Shown here one piece after another: positions 46,065-54,933 of a stretch of DNA of 64,000 nucleotides (position 1 is the stretch's first letter; each line of letters starts with the position of its first letter). The DNA is from a virus: the IMG/VR virus record IMGVR_UViG_3300037184_000121, positions 32,001-96,000 of that record. One strand, given 5' to 3'. The translations under genes and the position numbers were made by a program. Under the pieces are notes generated by a model. That model was not told the origin of the DNA, did no database searches, and saw only the letters and a list, made by a program, of their open reading frames with translations.

Positions 46065-48582
46065 AGCTTGTATAAAATGTCCTCTGAATGAACTTAGAAC
46101 TTGTGTCCTTAATGGAACAGGTAATGAGCAATCAAAGCTCATGTTTGTGATGGATGCCCCCTCCAAAGAGGATGATATGTACAAGGAGCCCTTTCGTGGG
46201 CCAGCCAGTAGAAAGCTAGATGCACTTTTGGCTAGATTTGGTATTCATAGAAGTCAAGTATATTTTACATACGCAACAAGGTGCCGAGCTAATTTAAAGA
46301 CGATGGAAGGTGTGCGTCCAGCTCATTTTGAAGAGATCCAGGCTTGCTCTGAGTATCTTGTTAAAGAGATTGAGTCTATTAAGCCGTATGTCATTGTGGC
46401 TATGGGAACAGAGTCTATTTCGGCTGTGCTAGATATTAAAAAGCCGAAGGTTGGGGAGTTGCGGGGAATTGAAACCTGGAGTGATAGATTTAATTGTAAG
46501 GTCTTTCCTACACTCAGCCCAGGAGCCATTTTAAGGAATCCGAACCAAGAAGAAGTATTGATTCAGGATCTTCGCAGGGCTATTGAATCTTCTAAATACC
46601 AGCCTATGACTGTTGTAGAGAAAGGCAATTATATTGTCATTGATAGCATTGAGAGATTGGATGCCTTCTATGATAGAATCATGGAGCAGGAAGAGGTAGC
46701 TGTAGACTTAGAAACGACAGGATTTGATTGGCAGACAGATAAGATCATTTGTTGCTCTTTCTCATGGGCTGCTAATACTGGAGTATTGTTACCTATTACT
46801 AAGTGGATCGGTGTACCCCATGAGAAAAAAGTTGTAAAAGATAAGAAGGTTACACGAAAGGGGGTCACGACTATAAAGCAGGTTGAGTCTTTGGAAAAAA
46901 CTATTGAAGATACTTATCAACCATGGTGGGGTGATCAGCAGGAATATGTGATGGCTAAATTCCGCGCTATCATGGAAAGCAATATTAAGTTTATAGCCCA
47001 GAATGGCAAGTTCGATTGGAAATTCCTTTTACAGATGGGATGGGATCTTAAGCCACTAGCCTATGATACTCTTCTGTTACATTACTTGCTCCGTGAAACT
47101 TCTAAGGGTGAGCATAACCTGGAGGACATGTCCCTTCAATATCTTGGAAAAGGTCAGCACAAAAAAGAGTTGGATGATTGGTTTAAAGCCAATAAGATGA
47201 ATGATGATGAAAAGAAGAACTATGCTAGAGTTCCTACCGATTTGCTATTCTCCTATGGTGCAGCCGATGCTGATGTAACCTTGCAGCTTAAGAACATCTT
47301 CCTTCCTCGTGTAGAGGCCGAAGGGATGAGCGAATTATTTTATCGCCTTGTGATGCCCTTAAATTATACACTAACCATTATGGAGTTTGGGGGATTTAAG
47401 GTTGACCGTAAGGCATTAGCTAAAGCTAGGGCTGATCTGGAACAACAATTAATTAACAAAGAAAAAGAAATTAAGACTATCGTTGGTGAGGTTGATTTGG
47501 ATTCTCCTAAACAACTTTCTAAATTGCTATTTGAAACGTTGAAGCTTACACCTGTCAAACAGACGAAGACAGGATTTTCAACAGATGAAGAAGTCATGCT
47601 CATTCTAAAAGACAAGCACCCCGTACCAATGAAGATTGTCGAGTACAGAGGTATTGCTAAGCTGCTTAGGACTTATGTTATTGGAATTGAAGAACGCTTA
47701 GATGCAAATGATCGTCTTCATACAAAATTTCTTCAGGAAGGTACAGAATCAGGACGACTTTCCAGCCGAGATCCAAACTTTCAGAATTTCCCTCGTGATG
47801 CTAAGGCTATTAAGAATTCTTTTATCGTCGATCCAGGTAATGTATTAATTGAGGCTGATGAAGGGCAGAATGAGTTTAGATGGTGGGGAATTTATTCAAA
47901 TGATTCTCAGTTGGTTCGAGATCTAAATGAAGGAGTAGACATCCATAAACTTGTGGCTTCTTTAGCCAACAAGATTCCAATTGAACAAGTAACCAAAGAT
48001 CAACGTCAGAAAGCTAAGTCTATCGTTTTCGGTCTGATGTTTAATATGGGAGCTGAAGAACTTTCTAAGAAGCATGGTGTTACAGTCGAATACGCTGAGC
48101 AGGTTAAAGCTCTGTTCTTCGCTCGTTATCCAACAGCCAAACAGTGGAAGTACGAGATTGTTAAATTTGCGAAAAAGAACTTATACGTCCAGAATCGTTT
48201 TGGTCGAGTGCGTCACCTCTTAGCAATCAATAACCCAGATAATAAGGTTGCCTATGCTGATGAACAGGGTGCAGTAAACTCTCCTATTCAGGGGGCTGCA
48301 TCCGATTACGTATCCAATTCAGCCAATAGAATTTTTATGCGCTTCAAAGAAGAAGGGCTGCATGGCAAGCTCCGTAACCTGATTCATGATGCTATTTACG
48401 TAGAGGCTCCCCAAGTTGAGTTGATCCAGACCTTGAAGATCATTAAAGAAGAGATGGAACGTAGAATTCTGGGTATCCAGGTTCCTTTGGTAGCTGAGTT
48501 TAAGGTTGGTAAGCGTTGGGGTCGAATGCACAAGCTGGAAGTAAATAACATTCTTAATAAACAGGTAGCAAAATCGATATAA
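46048..48582 (+). CDS. Family A DNA polymerase with N-terminal UDG-like domain and 3'-5' exonuclease
   Basis: UDG4-like N-domain; DLETTG, NGKFD, YGAADAD; GRLSS..PN.QN; motif A DEGQNEFR, B RQKAKSIVFG, C IHD; GGAG 7 nt before GTG 46048. Confidence 0.93.
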   Translation: MDLQNKACIKCPLNELRTCVLNGTGNEQSKLMFVMDAPSKEDDMYKEPFRGPASRKLDALLARFGIHRSQVYFTYATRCRANLKTMEGVRPAHFEEIQACSEYLVKEIESIKPYVIVAMGTESISAVLDIKKPKVGELRGIETWSDRFNCKVFPTLSPGAILRNPNQEEVLIQDLRRAIESSKYQPMTVVEKGNYIVIDSIERLDAFYDRIMEQEEVAVDLETTGFDWQTDKIICCSFSWAANTGVLLPITKWIGVPHEKKVVKDKKVTRKGVTTIKQVESLEKTIEDTYQPWWGDQQEYVMAKFRAIMESNIKFIAQNGKFDWKFLLQMGWDLKPLAYDTLLLHYLLRETSKGEHNLEDMSLQYLGKGQHKKELDDWFKANKMNDDEKKNYARVPTDLLFSYGAADADVTLQLKNIFLPRVEAEGMSELFYRLVMPLNYTLTIMEFGGFKVDRKALAKARADLEQQLINKEKEIKTIVGEVDLDSPKQLSKLLFETLKLTPVKQTKTGFSTDEEVMLILKDKHPVPMKIVEYRGIAKLLRTYVIGIEERLDANDRLHTKFLQEGTESGRLSSRDPNFQNFPRDAKAIKNSFIVDPGNVLIEADEGQNEFRWWGIYSNDSQLVRDLNEGVDIHKLVASLANKIPIEQVTKDQRQKAKSIVFGLMFNMGAEELSKKHGVTVEYAEQVKALFFARYPTAKQWKYEIVKFAKKNLYVQNRFGRVRHLLAINNPDNKVAYADEQGAVNSPIQGAASDYVSNSANRIFMRFKEEGLHGKLRNLIHDAIYVEAPQVELIQTLKIIKEEMERRILGIQVPLVAEFKVGKRWGRMHKLEVNNILNKQVAKSI

Positions 48583-48594
48583 TTGTGGTATACT
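48566..48594 (+). promoter_or_regulatory. Extended -10 promoter
   Basis: TAGCAA-N17-TATACT with TG extension; AAGGAG SD follows. Confidence 0.5.
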
Positions 48595-48609
48595 TTGAAG
48601 GAGATAGAT

Positions 48610-48738
48610 ATGAAGAAGTGTAAATGTGGGCATAAAGAAGATTCTCATTTTACTTGGATGGATTATGGAGTTTATGATTACACCTGTAGGAATGTAAGTT
48701 GTAAGTGCAAGAAATTTAGTCAGGGAAAAAAGTCATGA
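48610..48738 (+). CDS. CxCGH microprotein (not in ORF track)
   Basis: MKKCKCGH....H...C....CKCKKF. Confidence 0.65.
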   Translation: MKKCKCGHKEDSHFTWMDYGVYDYTCRNVSCKCKKFSQGKKS

Positions 48739-49061
48739 AAGCGAATGAGTATCAGGCTTGGTCTGAGAAGACGGCTATTTATCCCAAAGATGCATCTATG
48801 GCCTACGTGATTTTGGGGCTTACCAATGAGGCAGGAGAAGTAGCAGGTAAGTATAAGAAATGCATTCGTGATGACGGGGGAATACTAACGGCTGAACGTA
48901 GAGTTCAGCTTATTGATGAGGCTGGAGATGTATGTTGGTATTTGGCTAGACTTGCCGAAGAATTGGGCACAACTCTCGAAGACATTATGCAGAGAAATCA
49001 TGATAAATTGGAAGATCGATTAGCTCGAAATGTGATTAAGGGATCAGGAGATAACCGATGA
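48735..49061 (+). CDS. MazG-like nucleotide pyrophosphohydrolase
   Basis: LGL..EAGEVA...KK, DEAGDV.WY, N..KL..R, GSGDNR. Confidence 0.9.
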   Translation: MKANEYQAWSEKTAIYPKDASMAYVILGLTNEAGEVAGKYKKCIRDDGGILTAERRVQLIDEAGDVCWYLARLAEELGTTLEDIMQRNHDKLEDRLARNVIKGSGDNR

Positions 49062-49567
49062 TAAAAATTTATCTCGCTACCAAAATGACTGGAAAAGATA
49101 AGAAAGAACAGGTAGAACATGCTCAATATGTTACTGAGATTCTTAAAAAGTATGATGTTCAGGTAGTTAGTCCTGTTTTAGAGGAGAAAGTTCTTGCCCT
49201 TCCTGGCCCTCTGTTAAATACTGATGAAGTTAAACTAAGAAAATTTTGGAAAAGGGACAAAGAAATAATAACTAGAGAAGTACATGCTATAGTTATTGAT
49301 GGAGCAGATCAGAAGTCTTTTGGTGTGGAACGGGAATATGGTCTATCCAGATATTGTATGTGGAAGCCTACCGTTTTGTATATGCCTAAGACCTTTTTGA
49401 ATGTTTCTCAATTTGAGGATGATTGGGTATCAGATGATTTGGATGCAATTGGCAAATATCTTCAAGAGAATTTTGGCACGAGGCGTAAGCGTGTTTTGTG
49501 GCGTATTAAGATGTTGTCACGAAGTTTACCTAAATGGATTGTTGACCAGATGTACCAATTCAGATAA
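49058..49567 (+). CDS. Nucleoside 2-deoxyribosyltransferase-like protein
   Basis: KIYLA..MTG, SP, RD..I, S.G...E. Confidence 0.6.
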   Translation: MIKIYLATKMTGKDKKEQVEHAQYVTEILKKYDVQVVSPVLEEKVLALPGPLLNTDEVKLRKFWKRDKEIITREVHAIVIDGADQKSFGVEREYGLSRYCMWKPTVLYMPKTFLNVSQFEDDWVSDDLDAIGKYLQENFGTRRKRVLWRIKMLSRSLPKWIVDQMYQFR

Positions 49568-49587
49568 ATTAGATGGGAGAATGAATT

Positions 49588-49926
49588 ATGAGTGGTAATG
49601 CAAAGCACTTCGATGATGGTAAACCAGAGATGCAGTTCCTGCTAGAGATGGAAGGTCTAGAAGAAGTTGCAGCCTGTGGAACACATGGACAGAGGAAGTA
49701 TGGTGATCGCTATAACTTCAAACATGGAATGCCGTGGATGAAGCTCTTAGGTTCTTGCAGTAGACATCTTCGTGCCTTCATTAAGGGACAGGAGATTGAT
49801 CCTGAGAGTGGATTGCCTCACTTGGCCCATCTCATCTATGATGCGCTGATGTTACTGGATTACACAAAGCATACTGAGTACCGCGAGTTCGATAATAGGT
49901 ATTCAACACTAAAGGATCGAAAGTGA
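49588..49926 (+). CDS. dATP/dGTP diphosphohydrolase-like (DUF5664)
   Basis: D.GKP, G..KYG..N...G, RHL, DPESGLPHLAH. Confidence 0.85.
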   Translation: MSGNAKHFDDGKPEMQFLLEMEGLEEVAACGTHGQRKYGDRYNFKHGMPWMKLLGSCSRHLRAFIKGQEIDPESGLPHLAHLIYDALMLLDYTKHTEYREFDNRYSTLKDRK

Positions 49927-50579
49927 TTTCAACAGTACTTCCAGCATACAAATATCTGACTGAACAACGTAAGCTTACTGAAGATACAATTCGGATTTTT
50001 AGTTTAGGCTATGTTGCTCAGAATGGTGAAGTATATGTTGGTGCTGATTTCACTGGGACACTTCCTGCTATGGACAAGAGATTTTATCACTCTACCATGT
50101 TCCCTATTTTTGATCTGTATGGAACATGTATTGCAGTGTCTTCTCGCCCATTAGGTCCTACACAGACAAAGTATATCAATACCCATTATGAGAAGTCCGA
50201 GCACTTGTATGGATTGTCTGTAACCTGGAAAGAATGTCTTAAAGAACAGGCTGTCTATGTAGTTGAGGGGAATGTAAGTCTGCTGCAGATGTATCAAGCA
50301 GGACTTAAGAATTGTGTTGCTATGCTTGGCTCTAAGTTATCCCTTCGACAAGTATGTTTGCTCAGTCGTTTTGTGAAAAAGATTATCCTCGTTCCAGATG
50401 CAGATAAGGCAGGTAATGAGTTCCTTAAGAAGATGAAAGAGAATATCCCTACAAGACTTTATGAAGCTGATGTTAAATTTACCTATGTAGCGTTGCCTGT
50501 ATCTCAAGACCCAGACGACTATTTTAGGCAACATTCCAAACAAGATTTTCTAGATCTCTCTCAACAGGAGTTAATATGA
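49923..50579 (+). CDS. DNA primase catalytic/TOPRIM subunit (no Zn domain)
   Basis: F.LGY, MFPI, KYIN, LYG, VVEG, VAMLG, PDADKAG, QDPDD. Confidence 0.88.
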   Translation: MISTVLPAYKYLTEQRKLTEDTIRIFSLGYVAQNGEVYVGADFTGTLPAMDKRFYHSTMFPIFDLYGTCIAVSSRPLGPTQTKYINTHYEKSEHLYGLSVTWKECLKEQAVYVVEGNVSLLQMYQAGLKNCVAMLGSKLSLRQVCLLSRFVKKIILVPDADKAGNEFLKKMKENIPTRLYEADVKFTYVALPVSQDPDDYFRQHSKQDFLDLSQQELI

Positions 50580-51142
50580 GTAATGAAAAAGCATGGTATA
50601 TTGTAAGTACACAAGGCATTGGTGCAAGGGGTGCCCTTCAGATTCAATCATTGCTAGATAGGATGGGATATGATGGCTTGCTATGGAGTCCAACACTTAA
50701 GGTTCCTATCCTGAAGTATGGAAAGACTCAGAATAATGATAAGACTCTATTCCCTAGTTATGTATTTATCAACACTGTCATTACCGATAGTAAGCTGGAG
50801 CAAGCTCTGATTGAAGCAAAGATTGGACGTTTTCTGAAACTGCCTGGGGAGACTCTTCCTACGAAAATCTCTGAAGCAGATATTGATCACATAAAAAAAT
50901 TGGAGGAGTCAGATGTCGAACCTGTACCTGAAGAGATTATCTCTATTGATATAGGTAATTTAGTTGAGATTTGCGTTGGACCTTTTATTGGATTCAAAGG
51001 TATTGTCACTAAGATATCAGGGCATAGTGCTTCTATTGATACCCTTGTTTTTGGTCGATCAACACCTGTAAGTGTTAATATTGCTCATTTATCCAAGTTG
51101 ACGGAGAATAATCCAGATGAAAAAGAAATCAAAGGGTCATAA
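50576..51142 (+). CDS. NusG/RfaH-family transcription factor
   Basis: WYIV, LFPSYVFI (NGN); GNLVEI..GPF.GF.G.V (KOW); VFGR.TPV. Confidence 0.88.
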   Translation: MSNEKAWYIVSTQGIGARGALQIQSLLDRMGYDGLLWSPTLKVPILKYGKTQNNDKTLFPSYVFINTVITDSKLEQALIEAKIGRFLKLPGETLPTKISEADIDHIKKLEESDVEPVPEEIISIDIGNLVEICVGPFIGFKGIVTKISGHSASIDTLVFGRSTPVSVNIAHLSKLTENNPDEKEIKGS

Positions 51143-51557
51143 GCTGGTAGAAGTTGTTAAAGATAATTTAGGAACACCCAGGCAGATAATTCATGATGTG
51201 ACAGAGATTAGTATGGCTCATGAGGATCTTGAGATCCTGGCTCAAAAGCATTCTCAATTGATTGATCAACGAAATGATCCTGTGTTGCGAAAGCATACAG
51301 TACGCCGACAAGAAAAGTTGCTGAGAAAAATATTTAAGGCTGCATCCCAGGTATTGACCGATTCTCAGTTTCAAATTTTTACCATGCGTTATGTTTATAA
51401 TATGCCAGAATCCGAGATAACTCAACAGGTTGGGTGTGTACAGAATTATATTTCCAGGATTTTGAAAGCATCCATTAAGAAGATTCAGAAGAGTTTGCGA
51501 CTTCCTATCAATTTAACAGGATTCACAAAAGATCGTAAGGTCAAGGAAATTGAATGA
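51117..51557 (+). CDS. Sigma70 region-4-like HTH protein
   Basis: LT..Q.QIF.MRY..NM.E.EI...VG..Q.YISRI....IKKI. Confidence 0.7.
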   Translation: MKKKSKGHKLVEVVKDNLGTPRQIIHDVTEISMAHEDLEILAQKHSQLIDQRNDPVLRKHTVRRQEKLLRKIFKAASQVLTDSQFQIFTMRYVYNMPESEITQQVGCVQNYISRILKASIKKIQKSLRLPINLTGFTKDRKVKEIE

Positions 51558-52159
51558 AAAGTCCAAAACGACGAGGACCCTATAAAAGTAGGTACAACCG
51601 TATTTATCTTAGGGATAAACTATCTGAACGAGAATTGGAATTGATGGAAAAGGATCTCGTAGATCATTCCGTTCAGGTCGCTCTTAGGATAAAGAATATA
51701 GGATTCCCCAAGGAGCAGATTGAGATAGTAGTTAAGAATGCTGTTGAAAGGGCTCTGCAGACTTATCAATTTGGAAGTGGCGGGAGCCTTGGAGATCTAG
51801 TTAAGATGCATGTAATGGGGGATTTAAGGGCCGAATATAACAAAGCCTACCCAGATAAGGTTTCCAGTATAATATGGCCTGATTTAGTTGAAAAGAAGCC
51901 CTTTGACAGACTTCTAGAGATCCTTGAAGGGATTAAATTACTTCCCCATGAAATAGTATGTGAGATTTTTGAAGAAGCTAATCAGATGCTTAATGGACGG
52001 CAGCAGAAATTGTTATCTACTGTCTATAAAACTCCAGGTATTACTTATGTTGAGGTTTGTAAGCAGTTTGGGGCTCGTGGTGTAATGACTTATCGAGAGA
52101 TTAAGATAATTTATGCTCAGCTACTGGAGACATTGAAATTTTTAGAGATTGTGTTATAA
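51554..52159 (+). CDS. Divergent sigma-factor-like protein
   Basis: Weak region-2-like helix and C-terminal HTH (LN.RQQKLL...TYVEV...FG). Confidence 0.45.
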   Translation: MKSPKRRGPYKSRYNRIYLRDKLSERELELMEKDLVDHSVQVALRIKNIGFPKEQIEIVVKNAVERALQTYQFGSGGSLGDLVKMHVMGDLRAEYNKAYPDKVSSIIWPDLVEKKPFDRLLEILEGIKLLPHEIVCEIFEEANQMLNGRQQKLLSTVYKTPGITYVEVCKQFGARGVMTYREIKIIYAQLLETLKFLEIVL

Positions 52160-52170
52160 GGAGAATTTAA

Positions 52171-52914
52171 ATGAGTGAAGAAACTACACCACAACCAGAA
52201 TCAATACCATCTCAGATTCCAATTCCTCCAAAAACTGGTGTAAAGCGTCATAAAGGAGTATTAGAAAATCTTCCTGTTGAGGTGAGGGAAGACATGGAAA
52301 ATGTCATGCGTACTACCAATCCATCAGCAGCTTATGAGTATATGAAAACCAAGTATGGGGCTCAGTTTCCGATTTTGAATGAACTTCCTAGGACTTCATT
52401 TCACCATTATTTTAAAAAGCATAAAGTGAAGATGGCGAAGGAGCTATCTCTACAGATTGCAAGTGCTGCTCCTCCAAAAGAACTTCTTACTGTGATCGAA
52501 AACCTTGGAAATCCTCAGATAAATATATTAGATAAACGTGCTGCTTTAACAGCTCTTTTTAATGCTGTTGAGGCTCGTAATAAGCTGTTGTTGGAACGAC
52601 AAGCTAATTTCCTTGACCCTTATATTGAAAAACTCCTCCAGGAAGGCCGCAAAGAACAACGTGTAATCATTGAAAAGGTAACACTTATGCAGGATCAGCT
52701 ATCTAAAGAATCTGATAAAGATTGGTTAGCTGAAGCTGTTTATATCGAGAATATTTTTACTGTAGCAGCTATTACTGCCTATAAATTGGTCCATCAGGAC
52801 CAGTCTAAGTATTCCCTTTTTATGACTACTTTAACGTCAACACTTACCGATTGTATGAAAGCCTATCGTTTAGTACGAGAGGCCCTAACCGAGAATGAAA
52901 ATAACAAATCTTAA
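52171..52914 (+). CDS. Hypothetical protein
   Basis: 247-aa ORF with AAGGAG SD. Confidence 0.55.
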   Translation: MSEETTPQPESIPSQIPIPPKTGVKRHKGVLENLPVEVREDMENVMRTTNPSAAYEYMKTKYGAQFPILNELPRTSFHHYFKKHKVKMAKELSLQIASAAPPKELLTVIENLGNPQINILDKRAALTALFNAVEARNKLLLERQANFLDPYIEKLLQEGRKEQRVIIEKVTLMQDQLSKESDKDWLAEAVYIENIFTVAAITAYKLVHQDQSKYSLFMTTLTSTLTDCMKAYRLVREALTENENNKS

Positions 52915-52929
52915 CATCAAAAATAGCCA

Positions 52930-52958
52930 TTGACATTTATCCATATTCCTGTTAGACT
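52930..52958 (+). promoter_or_regulatory. sigma70-type promoter, leadered
   Basis: TTGACA-N17-TAGACT; GGGAGG SD. Confidence 0.8.
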
Positions 52959-52993
52959 TAAGTAGATCAAAAATATTCTTAGGGAGGATATAA

Positions 52994-53455
52994 ATGGATC
53001 TTCGAAAAGCTCAGACGATGGTGACAGACATGATGAAGCACCATAGCTTGATCGGTTGGAGCTTTAAATTTGATCGAGCTGTTAATCGCCTTGGGATGTG
53101 CAGCCATAGTCGTAGAGTGATCTTTTTAAGCACTCATGCTACTTCAGTCAACAGTGAAGCAGTTGTTTTAAACACGATTTTGCATGAAATCGCCCATGCC
53201 TAGGTTAGCGTTGATCACGGTCATGATGATGTTTGGCGCAACAAAGCTATTTCAATTGGGTGTGATGGGCAACGTTGCAGCAATATCGCAGTAAAAGCTC
53301 CTCCTAAATACACCATTGCCTGTAAGAGCTGCAATCAGATTCGAGGTCGTTTGTATCGCCTAACGCAGAGATATGCTACTCGTTTAGAATTTATGTGGTG
53401 CTCTTCCTGTGGGAAAGAACAGTCTAAGGGCAAATTAGTTTTGACGGCTGTATAA
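52994..53455 (+). pseudogene. SprT-like zinc metalloprotease interrupted by in-frame TAG
   Basis: HEIAHA-TAG(53201)-VSVDHGHDDVWR...IGC...CKSC...CSSC continues in frame to TAA 53455. Confidence 0.8.
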
Positions 53456-53461
53456 AAGGTC

Positions 53462-53490
53462 TTGACAAGATAACCTTTGGGGGCTATACT
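53462..53490 (+). promoter_or_regulatory. sigma70-type promoter, predicted leaderless
   Basis: TTGACA-N17-TATACT; ATG 53496 5 nt downstream. Confidence 0.85.
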
Positions 53491-53495
53491 TTAGT

Positions 53496-53597
53496 ATGAT
53501 GCCGAGTGATCACATGTTGCAGAGTTACTACCAGACTGGAACTGAACCTATAGAAGAGGTTGAGGAAGAAATTTTGGTTGATGAGGATGAGGATTAG
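53496..53597 (+). CDS. 33-aa acidic peptide (not in ORF track)
   Basis: MMPSDHMLQSYYQTGTEPIEEVEEEILVDEDED at predicted +1. Confidence 0.55.
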   Translation: MMPSDHMLQSYYQTGTEPIEEVEEEILVDEDED

Positions 53598-53600
53598 ATT

Positions 53601-54869
53601 ATGAGTATGCTTACAGTGATGGAAAAAGTAACAATCCGCTTGATCCAGTCAAGTCCCTTTTATGCCAGTCTCCTATCACAGATGCGTAAGATCGAGTGTG
53701 TAGGAGATCTTGCAAAGCAGATTCCTACTGAGGCAGTTGCCGTTGAGAATGGCAGAATCAATTTCTATTTCAATCCGAAGTTCCTTGAGACTCTTACCGT
53801 CGAGGAAGCGGTTGCAGTTCTTACTCATGAGTGTAACCATGTGGTTCTAGGACATCTGACTCGTATGCGTGATGAGTATAAAGAGAATGGTTCCCTTGCC
53901 AACATAGCTCAAGACATGAATGCCAATCAAAATATTCAGCACCTTCCCCATGGGGCTTGCACCGTTCAATCAATCACAGCAGAGTTTGCTAAGAAGGGAA
54001 TCAAATTGAATCTGAAGGATGACGATACCTCTGAGAATCATTATAAGGAATTGAATAAACATTCCAATAAAATGTCAGTAGAGCAGAACGCTGATGGCAC
54101 CTATGATCTTGTTATTAAAGATGCAAACGGTAAAGAGGTCGGGCGAATCAAAGTATCACCCTGCAGCAATAAGGATAAGCAATCTGAAGGTAACATGAAG
54201 GGAGATATCCCTGAGTTGGCTAAAGAAGTGATCCGACAGGCGGTTAAAGAAGCGGCTGAGGCAACACAGAAGGCTCGTGGGCACCTTCCTTCTGGCCTGG
54301 AAGAGGCTATCGGGGAATGGCTTAAGCCTCCAGTGATTTCCTGGAGAACCTTGCTAAAACGATTTCTGGCTGCATCCATTAAGTCGGGGAGTAAGAGAAG
54401 CTGGAAGCGTCCTAATCGTCGCTTTGGTGACTTGCAGAAGGGTAAGCTGAGTGATCGAATGGTCAGTGTCACGATTGCCATTGATACCAGTGGCAGTATA
54501 TCCACTGAGGATTTTAAATCCTTTATTTCTGAAATGAGAGCTATACAGTCCTGTTATAAGGGAACGATGACAGTCATGGAATGTGATGCTGAGATTCAGA
54601 AGACCTATAAACTGAACAAGTATAAAAAGATCCAAACTAATTTTAAAGGAAGAGGTGGGACAAGCTTTAGACCTGTGTTTGAGTATATTAAAGAGAAAAG
54701 ATTGAAAACAGATTTGCTTGTGTTTTTTACAGATCTTTGGGGTGATCAGGAAAACTGCCAAAAACCCCCTTACCCTGTTCTGTGGGTTTCTACGACAAGT
54801 GATCAAAAGGTCCCATTTGGACATGTAATATCTTTAGTAGATAATCCTGATAAAAGGGATAAAAAATAA
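53601..54869 (+). CDS. Metallopeptidase-VWA protein (DUF2201-like)
   Basis: HECNH, NIAQD..AN; DTSGS MIDAS; GRGGTSF.PVF; FTD. Confidence 0.9.
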   Translation: MSMLTVMEKVTIRLIQSSPFYASLLSQMRKIECVGDLAKQIPTEAVAVENGRINFYFNPKFLETLTVEEAVAVLTHECNHVVLGHLTRMRDEYKENGSLANIAQDMNANQNIQHLPHGACTVQSITAEFAKKGIKLNLKDDDTSENHYKELNKHSNKMSVEQNADGTYDLVIKDANGKEVGRIKVSPCSNKDKQSEGNMKGDIPELAKEVIRQAVKEAAEATQKARGHLPSGLEEAIGEWLKPPVISWRTLLKRFLAASIKSGSKRSWKRPNRRFGDLQKGKLSDRMVSVTIAIDTSGSISTEDFKSFISEMRAIQSCYKGTMTVMECDAEIQKTYKLNKYKKIQTNFKGRGGTSFRPVFEYIKEKRLKTDLLVFFTDLWGDQENCQKPPYPVLWVSTTSDQKVPFGHVISLVDNPDKRDKK

Positions 54870-54872
54870 CCC

Positions 54873-54901
54873 TTGACGGATTGTTATTTACATGCTATAC
54901 T
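54873..54901 (+). promoter_or_regulatory. sigma70-type promoter, leadered
   Basis: TTGACG-N17-TATACT with extended TG. Confidence 0.75.
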
Positions 54902-54933
54902 AAGGCGTACTAGAAAACTAAGGGAGATTAAAA

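Noticed and set aside
29439-48582. Group I introns or inteins in helicase, RecA or polymerase
   Set aside because: These genes are continuous with normal motif spacing; the endonuclease ORFs lie between genes rather than inside them.
53201-53203. Genome-wide TAG reassignment (alternative genetic code)
   Set aside because: Only one interrupting TAG was seen. Long genes are intact in code 11, and TAG ends several ORFs at sensible boundaries (e.g. 28835, 53597, 59823).
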